Assembly (NCBI GenBank): GCA_963422645.2
Contig: CAXXVO010000017.1
Coordinates: 96,001 to 160,000, forward strand
Origin: Alphaproteobacteria bacterium
GTDB taxonomy: Bacteria > Pseudomonadota > Alphaproteobacteria > UBA828
Direction of reading: 5' to 3'
Length of the DNA: 64,000 bases
Both the position numbers and the translations under genes were made by a program. Shown here one piece after another: positions 32,937 through 43,020 of the stretch (position 1 is the stretch's first letter; the number at the start of each line of letters is the position of its first letter). The notes under the pieces are model-generated. The model did not search any database, had not been told where the DNA came from, and saw only the letters and a program-made list of their open reading frames with translations.

Positions 32937-34847
32937 ATGACCAGCCGCTACGACGATATCTACGCACGCTCGCTTGCCGAGCCCGAGGCCTTCTGGGCCG
33001 AAGCGGCCGAGGGCATCGACTGGGAAAAGCGGTGGGACCGCGTGCTCGACGATTCGCGGCCGCCCTTCAACCGCTGGTTTGTCGGCGCCGAGGTCAATAC
33101 CTGCCACAACGCGCTGGACCGCCACGTGGCCGCCGGCCGGGGCGCGCAGACGGCGCTGATCTACGACAGCCCCGTCACCGGCACCGTGAAGAGCTTCACC
33201 TATGCCGAGCTGCAGGCTCTCGCCGCGCGCTTCGCCGGCGCGCTCTCGGCCGGGGGCGTGGGCCGGGGCGACCGCGTGGTGCTCTACATGCCGATGGTCC
33301 CGGAGGCCGCCATCGCCATGCTGGCCTGCGCACGCATCGGCGCTGTCCATTCCGTGGTGTTCGGCGGCTTCGCGGCGAATGAGCTTGCGACCAGGATCGA
33401 CGACGCCAAGCCCGAGATCGTGGTCTGCGGCTCCTGCGGCATCGAGGGGGACCGCGTCATCGCCTACAAGCCCCTGCTCGATGCCGCGATCGAGCTCGCC
33501 AGCCACAAGCCGGAGCGCTGTATCGTGCTGCAACGGCCCGAGCTGGAGGCGCCGCTCACTGCCGGGCGCGACGAGACCTGGGGGGAGGCGATGGCCGGGG
33601 CGGAGCCGGCGGATTGCGTGCCCGTCGCCGCCACCGATCCGCTCTACATCCTCTACACCTCCGGTACCACGGGCGATCCCAAGGGCATCGTGCGCGACAA
33701 CGGCGGCCACCTGGTGGCACTCAATTGGACCATGAGTGGCGTCTACAACCGGGCGCCAGGCCAGGTGTGGTGGACGGCGTCGGATATCGGCTGGGTGGTC
33801 GGCCACTCCTATATCGTCTACGCACCGCTGATCTATGGCTGCCCGTCGATCCTCTACGAGGGCAAGCCGGTCGGCACGCCGGACGCCGGCGCCTACTGGC
33901 GGGTGATCTCGCAGCACGGCGTGAGCGCCATGTTCACGGCGCCGACCGCGTTTCGCGCAATCAAGCGTGACGACCCCCAAGCGACCCGCCTCGCGGACTA
34001 CGACATCTCCTGTTTCGACACGCTCTATCTTGCCGGTGAACGGACCGACCCCGACACCCTCGCCTGGGCCGAGGGGCATCTTGAGCGACCCGTCTACGAC
34101 CACTGGTGGCAGACCGAATCCGGCTGGCCCATGGGCGCCAACTGTGCCGGCCTCGGCGCCCTGCCGGTGAAGCCCGGCTCGCCGACCAAGGCGGTGCCGG
34201 GCTATCGCATCGAGGTGGTGGACGAGGGAGGTGCGCAGGTGCCAGCGGGCGGCATCGGCGCGATCGTGGTCAAGCTGCCGCTGCCGCCCGGCTTTACGCC
34301 GACGCTCTGGAACAACGACAGACGCTTCGAGGAGGCGTATTTCACGCGCTTCCCCGGCTACTACCTCACCGGCGATGCCGGCGTCGTCGATGAGGACGGC
34401 TATCTCTGGATCATGAGCCGCACCGACGACATCATCAATGTGGCTGGCCACCGTCTCTCCACCGGCGCCATGGAGGAGGTGCTGGCGGCGCACCAGGACG
34501 TGGCGGAATGCGCCGTCGTCGGCGTCGCCGACACGCTGAAGGGGCAGCTCCCATTGGGTTTCGTGGTGCTGAAGGCGGGCGTCAACCGGCCGTCAGACGA
34601 GATCGTGGTCGAGCTCGTGCACATGGTGCGCGAGAGCATCGGCCCGGTCGCCGCCTTCAAGCAGGCCGTGGTGGTGGAGCGGCTGCCCAAGACCCGCTCG
34701 GGCAAGATCCTGCGCGGCACCATGGCGAAAATCGCTGACGGCGAAGAGTTCAAGGCCCCGGCGACCATCGACGACCCGGCGATCCTGGGCGAGATTGCGG
34801 ACGCGGTGCGGCCGATCGGCTACGGCGGCGCGTCGGCTGAAGACTAG
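32937..34847 (+). CDS. prpE: propionyl-CoA synthetase
   Basis: YILYTSGTTGDPKG, DHWWQTE, LPKTRSGKILR. Confidence 0.9.
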   Translation: MTSRYDDIYARSLAEPEAFWAEAAEGIDWEKRWDRVLDDSRPPFNRWFVGAEVNTCHNALDRHVAAGRGAQTALIYDSPVTGTVKSFTYAELQALAARFAGALSAGGVGRGDRVVLYMPMVPEAAIAMLACARIGAVHSVVFGGFAANELATRIDDAKPEIVVCGSCGIEGDRVIAYKPLLDAAIELASHKPERCIVLQRPELEAPLTAGRDETWGEAMAGAEPADCVPVAATDPLYILYTSGTTGDPKGIVRDNGGHLVALNWTMSGVYNRAPGQVWWTASDIGWVVGHSYIVYAPLIYGCPSILYEGKPVGTPDAGAYWRVISQHGVSAMFTAPTAFRAIKRDDPQATRLADYDISCFDTLYLAGERTDPDTLAWAEGHLERPVYDHWWQTESGWPMGANCAGLGALPVKPGSPTKAVPGYRIEVVDEGGAQVPAGGIGAIVVKLPLPPGFTPTLWNNDRRFEEAYFTRFPGYYLTGDAGVVDEDGYLWIMSRTDDIINVAGHRLSTGAMEEVLAAHQDVAECAVVGVADTLKGQLPLGFVVLKAGVNRPSDEIVVELVHMVRESIGPVAAFKQAVVVERLPKTRSGKILRGTMAKIADGEEFKAPATIDDPAILGEIADAVRPIGYGGASAED

Positions 34848-34895
34848 AGCGTTTTGTCGCTCACGGCAGCCGGCCTCCGGCCGGCGCCTCCGCGT

Positions 34896-34951
34896 CGCGC
34901 GTCGACGCGCGCGGGCGCGCCGCATTTGCGGCAGGCCGCGGTCGCGGCCTG
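34896..34951. terminator. GC-rich palindrome plus hairpin between convergent prpE and rsmD
   Basis: 16-bp palindrome CGCGCGTCGACGCGCG and stem CAGGCCGCG/CGCGGCCTG; no clear U tract. Confidence 0.35.
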
Positions 34952-34979
34952 TCGCGCGTCCGTCAAGAACTGACGCGCT

Positions 34980-35543
34980 CTAAGCCCGCTCCGAGGCCGG
35001 CGAGAGAAAGGTGAGCGCGCTTCTGCCGTAGCGGCGCTGGTCTTGCACCGTGAGCGACGCCGGGGGCTCGAAGGGGTCGTCCACCCCCTGCTCGACCACG
35101 ACGGTTGCCTCGGCATGGAGCCAGCCGCCTTCCACCAGCGCGCCCAGCGCCGGTACCGCGAGGCCGGAGCGGTAAGGCGGGTCGAGCAGGGCCAGGTCGC
35201 AAGTCTCGGCCGCCGGCGGCAGGCGGGTCGCGTCGCGAGCAAGGACGGTGGCTCGTGCGCCGCAGCCCAGGGCCTCGATGTTGGCGCGCAGCACCCCGCG
35301 CACGTCGGCTTCGCTTTCGACGGCGGTCAGGGACGCGGCGCCGCGGGAGAGCGCCTCCAGGCCGAGCGCGCCGGTGCCTGCGAACAGATCGACGACATGG
35401 GCGCCTTCGAGGGATCTCGCCATCGCGCCGTGGAGCAGGATGTCGAACAGCGCCTCGCGCACCCGCTCTCCGGTCGGGCGCACCCGCACGCCGGCCGGGG
35501 CCCGCAGCCTGCGGCCGCGCAGGCTACCGCCGACGATCCGCAC
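34980..35543 (-). CDS. rsmD: 16S rRNA m2G966 methyltransferase
   Basis: VRIVGG, RPTGERVREALF, DLFAGTGALG, DPPY, RRYG. Confidence 0.94.
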   Translation of the reverse strand: MRIVGGSLRGRRLRAPAGVRVRPTGERVREALFDILLHGAMARSLEGAHVVDLFAGTGALGLEALSRGAASLTAVESEADVRGVLRANIEALGCGARATVLARDATRLPPAAETCDLALLDPPYRSGLAVPALGALVEGGWLHAEATVVVEQGVDDPFEPPASLTVQDQRRYGRSALTFLSPASERA

Positions 35544-36318
35544 GCACCGAGCTCCGCTTGCTGCCGAGTTGCTCGCGAAGCACGCGCGGCGGGATTTCGG
35601 CGATCTCCCCGCGCGCAAGCCCGCCCAGTTGGAAGGGCCCGTAGGCCGTGCGGATGAGGCGGTTCACGGACAGGCCGAGATGCGCGAGCACGATGCGGAT
35701 CTCGCGGTAGCGGCCCTCGGTGAGCGCGAGGGTGAGCCAGGCATTCTGCCGGTTTTGGCGGTCGAGGTGAGCTTCGATCGGCCCGTAGCGGACGCCCTCT
35801 ACCGTGATTCCCTGCCCGAGGTCGGCGAGCGCTCTCTCCTCGGGGATGCCGCGCACGCGCACGCGATAGCGCCGCCGCCAGCCCCGCGACGGATGCTCCA
35901 GCTCGCGGGCGAGCGCGCCGTCGTTGGTCAAGAGCAGCAGACCCTCGGAATTGAAATCGAGCCGCCCTATGGAGACGACGTAACCGAGCTGTGTTGTCAC
36001 CTTCTCGAACACGGTCGGGCGGCCTTGCGGGTCGCGGTGGCTGGTGATGAGGCCGGGCGGCTTGTGATAGCGCCACAGCCGGGCAGGCACCGGCGCCGGC
36101 AGGGGCGCGCCATCCACGGTGATGAGGCTGGCGTCATCGACGTTGGTCGCGGGATTCCGCACGATTGCGCCGCCGAGAGCGACCCGGCCGGCGGCGATCA
36201 GCCGCTCGGCGTCGCGGCGTGAGCAGAGCCCGGCCCTGGCGATGCGCTTGGCGATGCGCTCACCGGGTTGGGCCGCGCCCGGCCGCTGGCGCTCAGCTGC
36301 CATGTCGCTATCTCTCAT
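35524..36318 (-). CDS. rluB: rRNA pseudouridine synthase (RsuA/RluB family)
   Basis: S4 domain AGLCSRRDAE, GRLDFNSEGLLLLTNDG. Confidence 0.85.
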   Translation of the reverse strand: MRDSDMAAERQRPGAAQPGERIAKRIARAGLCSRRDAERLIAAGRVALGGAIVRNPATNVDDASLITVDGAPLPAPVPARLWRYHKPPGLITSHRDPQGRPTVFEKVTTQLGYVVSIGRLDFNSEGLLLLTNDGALARELEHPSRGWRRRYRVRVRGIPEERALADLGQGITVEGVRYGPIEAHLDRQNRQNAWLTLALTEGRYREIRIVLAHLGLSVNRLIRTAYGPFQLGGLARGEIAEIPPRVLREQLGSKRSSVRADRRR

Positions 36319-36597
36319 CGTGAGGGCCGATTATGCCGCGCTTGCGCCCGCGTATGGCGCAAATTGCCGCCTTGGGGCAGTTCATCGTGGCACGAGGTGG
36401 CCCGGCAATCCAGCGAGAGAACGAGCCTAAACCAATTGCGCGAGCCGGGGTCTCGCTCTAGTGTCGGGGTCCGGCTTCGAACCAGCCGGCATCGCCCTCC
36501 GTGTCCGCCCCAGCGGCCGTCATGGCCGGCGGAGGCGGCGCGCCAACAGAGCGGAGTGGGCCGGCAGCAGTGCCGCAATCGAATAGCGGAGGAAGGG

Positions 36598-37269
36598 ATG
36601 TTCCGACGCAAAGGCGGAGATCAGGAAGAGGACGGGCGGGGCCAGGAAGGCGGCGAGGAGCGTCGCGCGCCCACCGTCATCGTCGAAGGAACGCGACGGA
36701 ACGTGCCCAACAAGACCGTCGTATTCCACCCGGATGTGCCGCGCGGCGCGCCCGACCCCGTGCCGGCGGATGCGCCGGGGCGCGTGGAGAGCGACCCCAA
36801 GCGGCTCACCGTCGGTCGGGAGACGACCATCAGCGGCGGCACGGTCCTCGATTGCGAGCGCCTGACCGTCGAAGGCACCGTCGAAGCCACGATGCCCGAC
36901 GGGCGCTTGCTCGAGATCGTCAAGGGCGGCATGTTCAAAGGCACCGTGACGGTGGATAGCGCCGACATCGCAGGCTCGTTCGAGGGCGATCTCAGGGTCA
37001 AGAAGAGGCTCTTCATCAGGGCGTCCGGCCGCGTCAACGGCACGATCCGCTACGGCCAATTCGAAGTCGAGCGGGGCGGGCGAATCGAAGGGAGAGCCCA
37101 GTACGATCCGGCGGATCGCGAAGCCGACCTACAGCCGGTGGCAATGCCGCAAGTCGTCGAGGAACAGGCGGAGGCAAAGGAGGGCTCGGACGGCGGCGGC
37201 GTGCGGCCGAGCGCGAGCCCGATCGAACTCCCCTCCGTGGCTGCGTCCAGCAAGCTGCGCGCCGACTAA
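36598..37269 (+). CDS. bactofilin (polymer-forming cytoskeletal protein)
   Basis: LTVGRET...CERLTVEG...GRVNGTIRYGQFEVERGGRIEG beta-helix; ATG after GGAAGGG. Confidence 0.88.
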   Translation: MFRRKGGDQEEDGRGQEGGEERRAPTVIVEGTRRNVPNKTVVFHPDVPRGAPDPVPADAPGRVESDPKRLTVGRETTISGGTVLDCERLTVEGTVEATMPDGRLLEIVKGGMFKGTVTVDSADIAGSFEGDLRVKKRLFIRASGRVNGTIRYGQFEVERGGRIEGRAQYDPADREADLQPVAMPQVVEEQAEAKEGSDGGGVRPSASPIELPSVAASSKLRAD

Positions 37270-37277
37270 GGGGCCGA

Positions 37278-37910
37278 TTAAGTGGTCTTGCCCTTGTAGC
37301 GGCAGAGGTCACGCACGACACAGGCTGGGCAGTCCGGCGTCCTTGCCTTGCAGACGTAGCGCCCGTGCAGGATCAGCCAATGATGCGCGTGCTGCTTGAA
37401 GCGCGCGGGCACGATGCGGTTGAGGCCGTCTTCCACCGCACGGGGGGTCTTTCCGGGAGCGAGGCCGCTGCGGTTCGCGAGCCGGAAGATGTGGGTGTCG
37501 ACCGCGATGGTGGGCTCGCCGAAGACCGTGTTGAGCACCACGTTCGCCGTCTTGCGGCCGACCCCGGGGAGCGCCTCGAGCGCCGCCCGGTCGCTCGGCA
37601 CCGCGCTGCCGTGTTTCTCGATCAGAGTCTGGCTTAGCGCGATCACGTTCTTGGCCTTCATGTTGTAGAGGCCGATGGTCTTGATGTGCTCCTTGAGGCG
37701 TGCCTCGCCGAGGGCGAGCATCTCCGCTGGCGTCGCGACCTCGGCGAAGAGCGCCTTGGTCGCCTTGTTGACGCCCTTGTCGGTCGCCTGCGCAGACAGC
37801 ACCACGGCGACGAGCAGCGTGTAGGGATTTCGGTAGTCGAGCTCGGTGGTCGGCGCCTCGATGCGCGCTGCGAGCCGTTCGAAGAATTCGGTGACCGCTG
37901 CCTTTTTCAT
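37278..37910 (-). CDS. nth: endonuclease III
   Basis: LSAQATD, LPGVGRKTA, AVDTH, C-X6-C-X2-C-X5-C. Confidence 0.96.
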   Translation of the reverse strand: MKKAAVTEFFERLAARIEAPTTELDYRNPYTLLVAVVLSAQATDKGVNKATKALFAEVATPAEMLALGEARLKEHIKTIGLYNMKAKNVIALSQTLIEKHGSAVPSDRAALEALPGVGRKTANVVLNTVFGEPTIAVDTHIFRLANRSGLAPGKTPRAVEDGLNRIVPARFKQHAHHWLILHGRYVCKARTPDCPACVVRDLCRYKGKTT

Positions 37911-38065
37911 GGCAGACGGAGAGTATCCCGCCAGGCGGGCGGGGCAAGAGGCGAGGGGTCGGGAAAGGAGCCCACGGCGCTTGCGGCCTCCAGAGGGGGC
38001 GGGTAGCCTCTCGCCCGGTTGCCGAGCGCGGGCGTGAGCCGTGCCGCGCGGCGCCCACGAGCCCG

Positions 38066-39433
38066 GTGCCCATGCAAAAGCTCCTGATCGCGAACCGGGG
38101 CGAAATCGCCTGCCGGATCATGCGAAGCGCGCGGTCGCTCGGCATCGCGACGGTCGCGGTCTATTCGGAGGCCGACGCCGCCGCCCGCCATGTCGCCGAG
38201 GCCGACAAGGCGCTGCCCATCGGCCCGCCGGCAGCCAAGGAGAGCTACCTCGTCGCAGACAAGATCATCGCTGCGGCGCGCGAGAGCGGCGCCGATGCGA
38301 TCCATCCGGGCTATGGCTTCCTCGCCGAGAACCCGGCCTTTGCGCAGGCGGTGGAGGACGCCGGCCTCGTCTGGGTCGGGCCGAGGGCGGAGAGCATCGC
38401 CGCCATGGGCGACAAGGAGCGCGCCCGCACGATCGCCCGCGACACGGGCCTTCCCATCGTCCCCGGCAGCGCGCGGCTCACGGCGGACGATCCCTCCGGC
38501 CTCGAGGAAGCGGCCGAGGCCGTGGGCTTCCCGCTGCTGGTGAAGGCGTCGGCCGGCGGCGGCGGCATCGGGATGCGGCAGGTGGACGATCGGGCCAAGC
38601 TCGCGGACGTCGTCGGCGCCACCCAGACCATGGCCGAGCGCGCGTTCGGCGACGGCACGGTCTACCTGGAGAAGCTGGTGCTCCAGCCGCGCCACGTCGA
38701 GATTCAGGTCTTCGGCCACGGCGACGGACGCGGCTTCCACCTGATGGAGCGCGAATGCTCGGTGCAGCGGCGCTTCCAGAAGATCGTGGAGGAGGCGCCT
38801 TCGCCTGCGGTGGACTCGGCGCTCCGAGCGCGCATGGCGGAGGCGGCGCTGGCCTTGGTGGAGCGGGAGCGCTACCGCGGCGCCGGCACGGTCGAGTTCA
38901 TCCTGGCGCCGGACGGCGAGTTCTACTTTCTGGAGATGAACACGCGCATCCAGGTCGAGCACCCGGCGACGGAGATGATCACAGGGCTCGATCTGGTGGG
39001 GCTACAGCTCCGGCTTGCGCAGGGCGAGGACCTATCGGGGCACTCCGCGCCGGCAGATGGGCCCGACGGCAACGCCATCGAGTGCCGCATTTATGCCGAG
39101 AACCCGGTCAAGAATTTTCTCCCCTCGCCGGGCCTGCTGGAGCGCTTCGCTCCGCCGCCGGAGGGTGACGGCATCCGTCTGGATACCGGCGTGACGGAAG
39201 GCGACCGGATCACGCCCTTCTACGACCCGATGATCGCCAAGCTCGTCGCCCACGGCAGCGCCCGCGACGGCGCCATCGACAGGATGCTGACGGCGCTCGG
39301 CGAATTCCGTATAGAGGGGATCGCTACTAACATCGACTTTCTGCGCCGCGTGATTGACCATGATGCCTTCCGCGCAGGCCATACCCACACCGGCTTCGTG
39401 GACGAGCATCGGTCCGATTTGATGGGCACCTGA
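38066..39433 (+). CDS. stand-alone biotin carboxylase domain protein
   Basis: IANRGEIACR, HPGYGFLAEN, GGGGIGM, EMNTRIQVEH, YDPMIAK. Confidence 0.92.
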   Translation: MPMQKLLIANRGEIACRIMRSARSLGIATVAVYSEADAAARHVAEADKALPIGPPAAKESYLVADKIIAAARESGADAIHPGYGFLAENPAFAQAVEDAGLVWVGPRAESIAAMGDKERARTIARDTGLPIVPGSARLTADDPSGLEEAAEAVGFPLLVKASAGGGGIGMRQVDDRAKLADVVGATQTMAERAFGDGTVYLEKLVLQPRHVEIQVFGHGDGRGFHLMERECSVQRRFQKIVEEAPSPAVDSALRARMAEAALALVERERYRGAGTVEFILAPDGEFYFLEMNTRIQVEHPATEMITGLDLVGLQLRLAQGEDLSGHSAPADGPDGNAIECRIYAENPVKNFLPSPGLLERFAPPPEGDGIRLDTGVTEGDRITPFYDPMIAKLVAHGSARDGAIDRMLTALGEFRIEGIATNIDFLRRVIDHDAFRAGHTHTGFVDEHRSDLMGT

Positions 39434-39457
39434 ACGCCCGCCTGAGAAAGCAGCGCC

Positions 39458-40327
39458 ATGATCTACGACGAGCCCAAATTCCTTCCCGGCGGTGACCGCT
39501 ACGTCCTGATCGAGTTTGGCAACGAGATGAATCTCGAGCTGAACTTCATCGCCCAGGGGCTGGCGGCGCACATCGTCGCCGACAAGACCAAGGGCATCGT
39601 CGAGACCGCGCCCTGCTTCGCCTCCATGCTGGTTCACTACGAGCCGCGCGAGATTTCCTACGACGACGTGGTCAAGGAACTGAAGGCGCTGATCGCGAGC
39701 CTCGGCTCCTCCGACGGCATCGAGCTCGACAGCCGGCTCTTCCTCTTCGAGACCATGTATCTCGACCCTTGGACCAGGGAATGCATCGAGGACTACAGCG
39801 AGAAGATCACGCCCAAGGAATACGACCCGGACATGGTGGCGCGGCTCAACGGCCTCGCCGACCGTGACCAGCTCGTCCGCGTCCATTCGAGCTCCGAATA
39901 CTGGGTCGCTTCCCTCGGCTTCTGGCCGGGCCTGCCCTTCCTCCAGCCGCTGGACCCGCGGGCGATGATCACCGTGCCCAAGTACAACCCGCCCCGCACC
40001 TGGACCCCCCGGGGCACGGTCGGCATGGGGGGCTCGGCGAGCGCGATCTATCCGGTCAACACGCCGGGCGGCTATCAGCTTCTCGGCCGCACCCCGGTAC
40101 CGATCTGGGACACGGAGAAGCGCTTCGACGCCTTCGGCGGCGACATCGTGCTCTTCCAGCCGGGCGATCGGATCAAGTTCGTCCCCGTGACCCAGGACGG
40201 CTACGAACAGGCGGCGGCGCGGATTGAAGAGGGCACCTACCTCTACAACGTGGTCGAGTATCAGCGCTTCTCGGTGCACAACTACAGGACCTGGGTCGCG
40301 AAGCTGGACCAGAGCCAACGGTTCTGA
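39458..40327 (+). CDS. AHS1/PxpB-like carboxyltransferase subunit
   Basis: GGDRYVLIEFG, LGFWPGLP, VPKYNPPRTWTPRGTVG, PGGYQLLGRT. Confidence 0.85.
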   Translation: MIYDEPKFLPGGDRYVLIEFGNEMNLELNFIAQGLAAHIVADKTKGIVETAPCFASMLVHYEPREISYDDVVKELKALIASLGSSDGIELDSRLFLFETMYLDPWTRECIEDYSEKITPKEYDPDMVARLNGLADRDQLVRVHSSSEYWVASLGFWPGLPFLQPLDPRAMITVPKYNPPRTWTPRGTVGMGGSASAIYPVNTPGGYQLLGRTPVPIWDTEKRFDAFGGDIVLFQPGDRIKFVPVTQDGYEQAAARIEEGTYLYNVVEYQRFSVHNYRTWVAKLDQSQRF

Positions 40328-40359
40328 TCGAGGCTCCGGAGGGCGTCGGCGCCGTCACG

Positions 40360-40545
40360 TCACCATCTGCTGTACCGGTCGATCCGTCTCGCGCGCTCAG
40401 CATCGCCGGTCAACCCTGAATCGATATCCGTCCGAGAAAGGCCGATATCGGCAAGGTCGCGGTCGCTGAAGCCAGCGAGCTTGTTCGTGGTCAGGCTGAC
40501 CTCCCGCAAGTTGCGGACACCTCGAAGGATGGCTGCAACGTTCAT
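40360..40545 (-). CDS. DUF1127 (YjiS-like) small protein
   Basis: LAGFSDRDLADIGLSRTDI motif; GAGGAG SD. Confidence 0.82.
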   Translation of the reverse strand: MNVAAILRGVRNLREVSLTTNKLAGFSDRDLADIGLSRTDIDSGLTGDAERARRIDRYSRW

Positions 40546-40618
40546 GGTCTCATCCTCCTCTTCCATATGTTCGCAGGAACAACCAAGCCCACTGCAAGGG
40601 CGGTTCCTCTTGATTTTG

Positions 40619-42506
40619 GTAACTGCCCAGGTTCTTGCTGTGAAAATTCTCTGGGATTCGGCACAACGCTACCCACGCGACGCCCGTGTGCTCCTCTGGG
40701 GTCGCCGGGTTTCACAGCTCACGATGCCCCTCTTGCGGACTGCGACCGGTAAGCTACCCCGATGTGGCCCGAAGTCCGCCCGCGCGACGGGCACCGATTT
40801 TCATTCTATGGGGTGGTCCAGCACGGCGTCGACCATGATCGTTTATGAGAATGGCTCCGCTGTTGGAGAACCCGTGCCAGGTGAGCTTACGCGCACTTGA
40901 CGGTGGCGATGAGCCGATCCGATGGGCTGGTCAGGGCTTCGATGATATTCCAGCCCTGCTTTCTGGCGGTGGTGATGACGCTGCGCAGGATGGCGAAGTT
41001 CTCGGCCCCCTGCGCGGACCGGAAGCCCCCGGAGATCTTCTGGCGCAGCTTCATCATCCGAAGGTCGCGCTCGGCCTCGTTGTTCGTGAACCCGACCTCG
41101 AGGTCGATCAGGAACCGGAGCACCGCGCATTTGTGGTCGCGCAGCCTCAAGGCCAGATTGTGACCGATCCTTCGCTTCCGGCGCTTCTTCCTCTTGCCAG
41201 GCGAGAACGGTGGTTGGCTCTCGTGAAAGGCCAGCGCATCGGCGATGATCTCGTCGTATCGGCGCTCGATCAGCGCCACAAGCCTCGCCGGAACGGCGAT
41301 ATCCTTGTCCAGCGCGATGCGGGCGGCGCGATTGGCTCGGCGCAGGAGCTGCTGCATCCGCCGGGCCCAAGCCTCCCCTTCGATGTCCACCAGCGCCTGC
41401 AACTCCCGCAGGTGATGGGCGTTGCACAGGCCGTGCTCCACCCCTTCCATCGCGAAGTACGGCTTCCAGTGATCGTGCACGACGATGCCGGAGACACCCG
41501 AGAGCAGGGCGCCGCGCTTGCCGCTGACCCGGTACGCCGCCAGCAGCGGCGTGCAGATCACATGAAGCCACTGCGTCTGACCGCCGATCCGCAAGCCGGT
41601 CTCGTCCATGTGTTTCACCCGCGCCGTGCCCGCCGCCAGGTCCTGTATGTGCAAGGCCGCGTCCCGCAGCCGCTCGGCCGCCCTCTCGCTCATCGTCGCC
41701 AACGTCGCAGCCGTCACCGGCGCGCCGAAGAGCTCGGCCATCACCTGCGACAGCCGATCCTCCGGCAGGAAGTGAGCGTGCTGAAGGTAGACCGCCACCC
41801 CGGCAATGCGCGGGCCGTACTGCACCGGCGCCGACACCCCGTCGGGGAACGCCGCCCGGGTCACCGTCCCGCAATGCCCGCAGCACTTGGCATGCGCCCG
41901 GTGCTCGGTCACCTCCAGGGGGCTCGGCTCGGGCAGATCGAACACCTGGCGGGCGACGGGCGTTCCCGCCCTGGCCGCGTCCGAAAGCGGCGAACCGCAT
42001 CCCTTGCAGGAAGCCGGGACGTGATCCTTCACCCGATCCGGGTGATCGGCGCGGCGCAGCGTCTTGCCCTTGTGGCCGGGCTGGCCACCGGGCTTGCGGC
42101 CCGATTTGCCGCGCAGGCTTCGGGTTCGCCGCTTCGAATTCGGCTTCCTCAGCCCATCGCTCGAAGGCGGCTTGCCGCTGTTGCCGCTGTTGAGGCCGAG
42201 ACGGCGCTCCAACTCCTCGATGCGCTCGACGAGACGCGCGACTTGCTCTTCCAGCCGCGCGTTCTGCTGCCGAAGCCAGGCATTTTCCTCCCGAAGCCGG
42301 GCGTTCTCCTCCTCCAGGCGGGCGATCTTCTGCGCGGGCGTTTCGGGCGCTGCTCCCGTCGAAGGGCCGCGCGGCGACTCGGGATTGCTCATGTCGTTGT
42401 TGAGTCATTTCCCGAAATTCCCGTCAAGCCCTTTCCACCAACTCCGAACGAGAAACGCCTCAATCCACTGGCCCAAAATGACAAATCAGACGACCTGGGC
42501 AGTTAC
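40619..42506 (-). mobile_element. IS66-family element copy 2, 1888 bp, inverted
   Basis: same TIRs; 8-bp TSD TGATTTTG at 40611-40618 and 42507-42514. Confidence 0.95.
40887..42392 (-). CDS. tnpC: IS66 transposase TnpC
   Basis: same as copy 1 except GHNLAL vs GHNPAL. Confidence 0.95.
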   Translation of the reverse strand: MSNPESPRGPSTGAAPETPAQKIARLEEENARLREENAWLRQQNARLEEQVARLVERIEELERRLGLNSGNSGKPPSSDGLRKPNSKRRTRSLRGKSGRKPGGQPGHKGKTLRRADHPDRVKDHVPASCKGCGSPLSDAARAGTPVARQVFDLPEPSPLEVTEHRAHAKCCGHCGTVTRAAFPDGVSAPVQYGPRIAGVAVYLQHAHFLPEDRLSQVMAELFGAPVTAATLATMSERAAERLRDAALHIQDLAAGTARVKHMDETGLRIGGQTQWLHVICTPLLAAYRVSGKRGALLSGVSGIVVHDHWKPYFAMEGVEHGLCNAHHLRELQALVDIEGEAWARRMQQLLRRANRAARIALDKDIAVPARLVALIERRYDEIIADALAFHESQPPFSPGKRKKRRKRRIGHNLALRLRDHKCAVLRFLIDLEVGFTNNEAERDLRMMKLRQKISGGFRSAQGAENFAILRSVITTARKQGWNIIEALTSPSDRLIATVKCA

Positions 42507-42638
42507 TGATTTTGGATGTGGAGGGAAGGGTTTCCAATAGCGATTCCCTTGAATCTTCATAAGAAATTCTGGGGTTTGCCTCTAAAGCGAGTGGTCGGAA
42601 GTGGCGCTGCGTTTGAGCCCGGCGAGAAAGGCGGCCTA

Positions 42639-42848
42639 GTCACGTGACTCTAAAGTTCGTGGCATAAGTTTTGTTCGACCCTGAGGCAGAAGCGCTTGAC
42701 GGCGGCGAGGATGTCGTCAGCGGACTTGGCCCACTTGAAGGGCTTGGGGTCTTCGTTGTGCTTATCGATGAAGGCCCGGATGTCGGCTTCGAGTTGGCGG
42801 GTCGAGCGGTGCACGCCGCGCTGCAGTTGCTTCCGCGTCAACTCGGCG
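42639..42848 (-). pseudogene. IS630 transposase C-terminal fragment and right end
   Basis: AELTRKQLQRGVHRS...HNEDPKPFKWAKSADDIL; ends at a CTAG site (42636-42639). Confidence 0.85.
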
Positions 42849-42854
42849 TGTAGC

Positions 42855-42898
42855 CGGCCGAAAGTCTTTGCGAATCGCGGCCGGAAGTCTTTGCGAAT
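42855..42898 (+). repeat. two tandem 21-bp end sites CGGCCG(A/G)AAGTCTTTGCGAAT
   Basis: copies at 42855-42875 and 42878-42898. Confidence 0.9.
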
Positions 42899-43020
42899 GG
42901 CCTGGAAAATCGGCTGGTTTTCGGGGCTGAATCGGGCTGGAAAAACCGGCCTGTGCATGGGCCGTGAAGGAGCGCTGCGCGGGGGGTTCAGGGCCCGTGC
43001 ACGGGCGGTGCGTGAGGGTT

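Noticed and set aside
42855-42898. Short direct repeats as a CRISPR array
   Set aside because: Only two copies 2 bp apart, no spacers or cas genes, and inverted copies at the far end; these are transposon end sites
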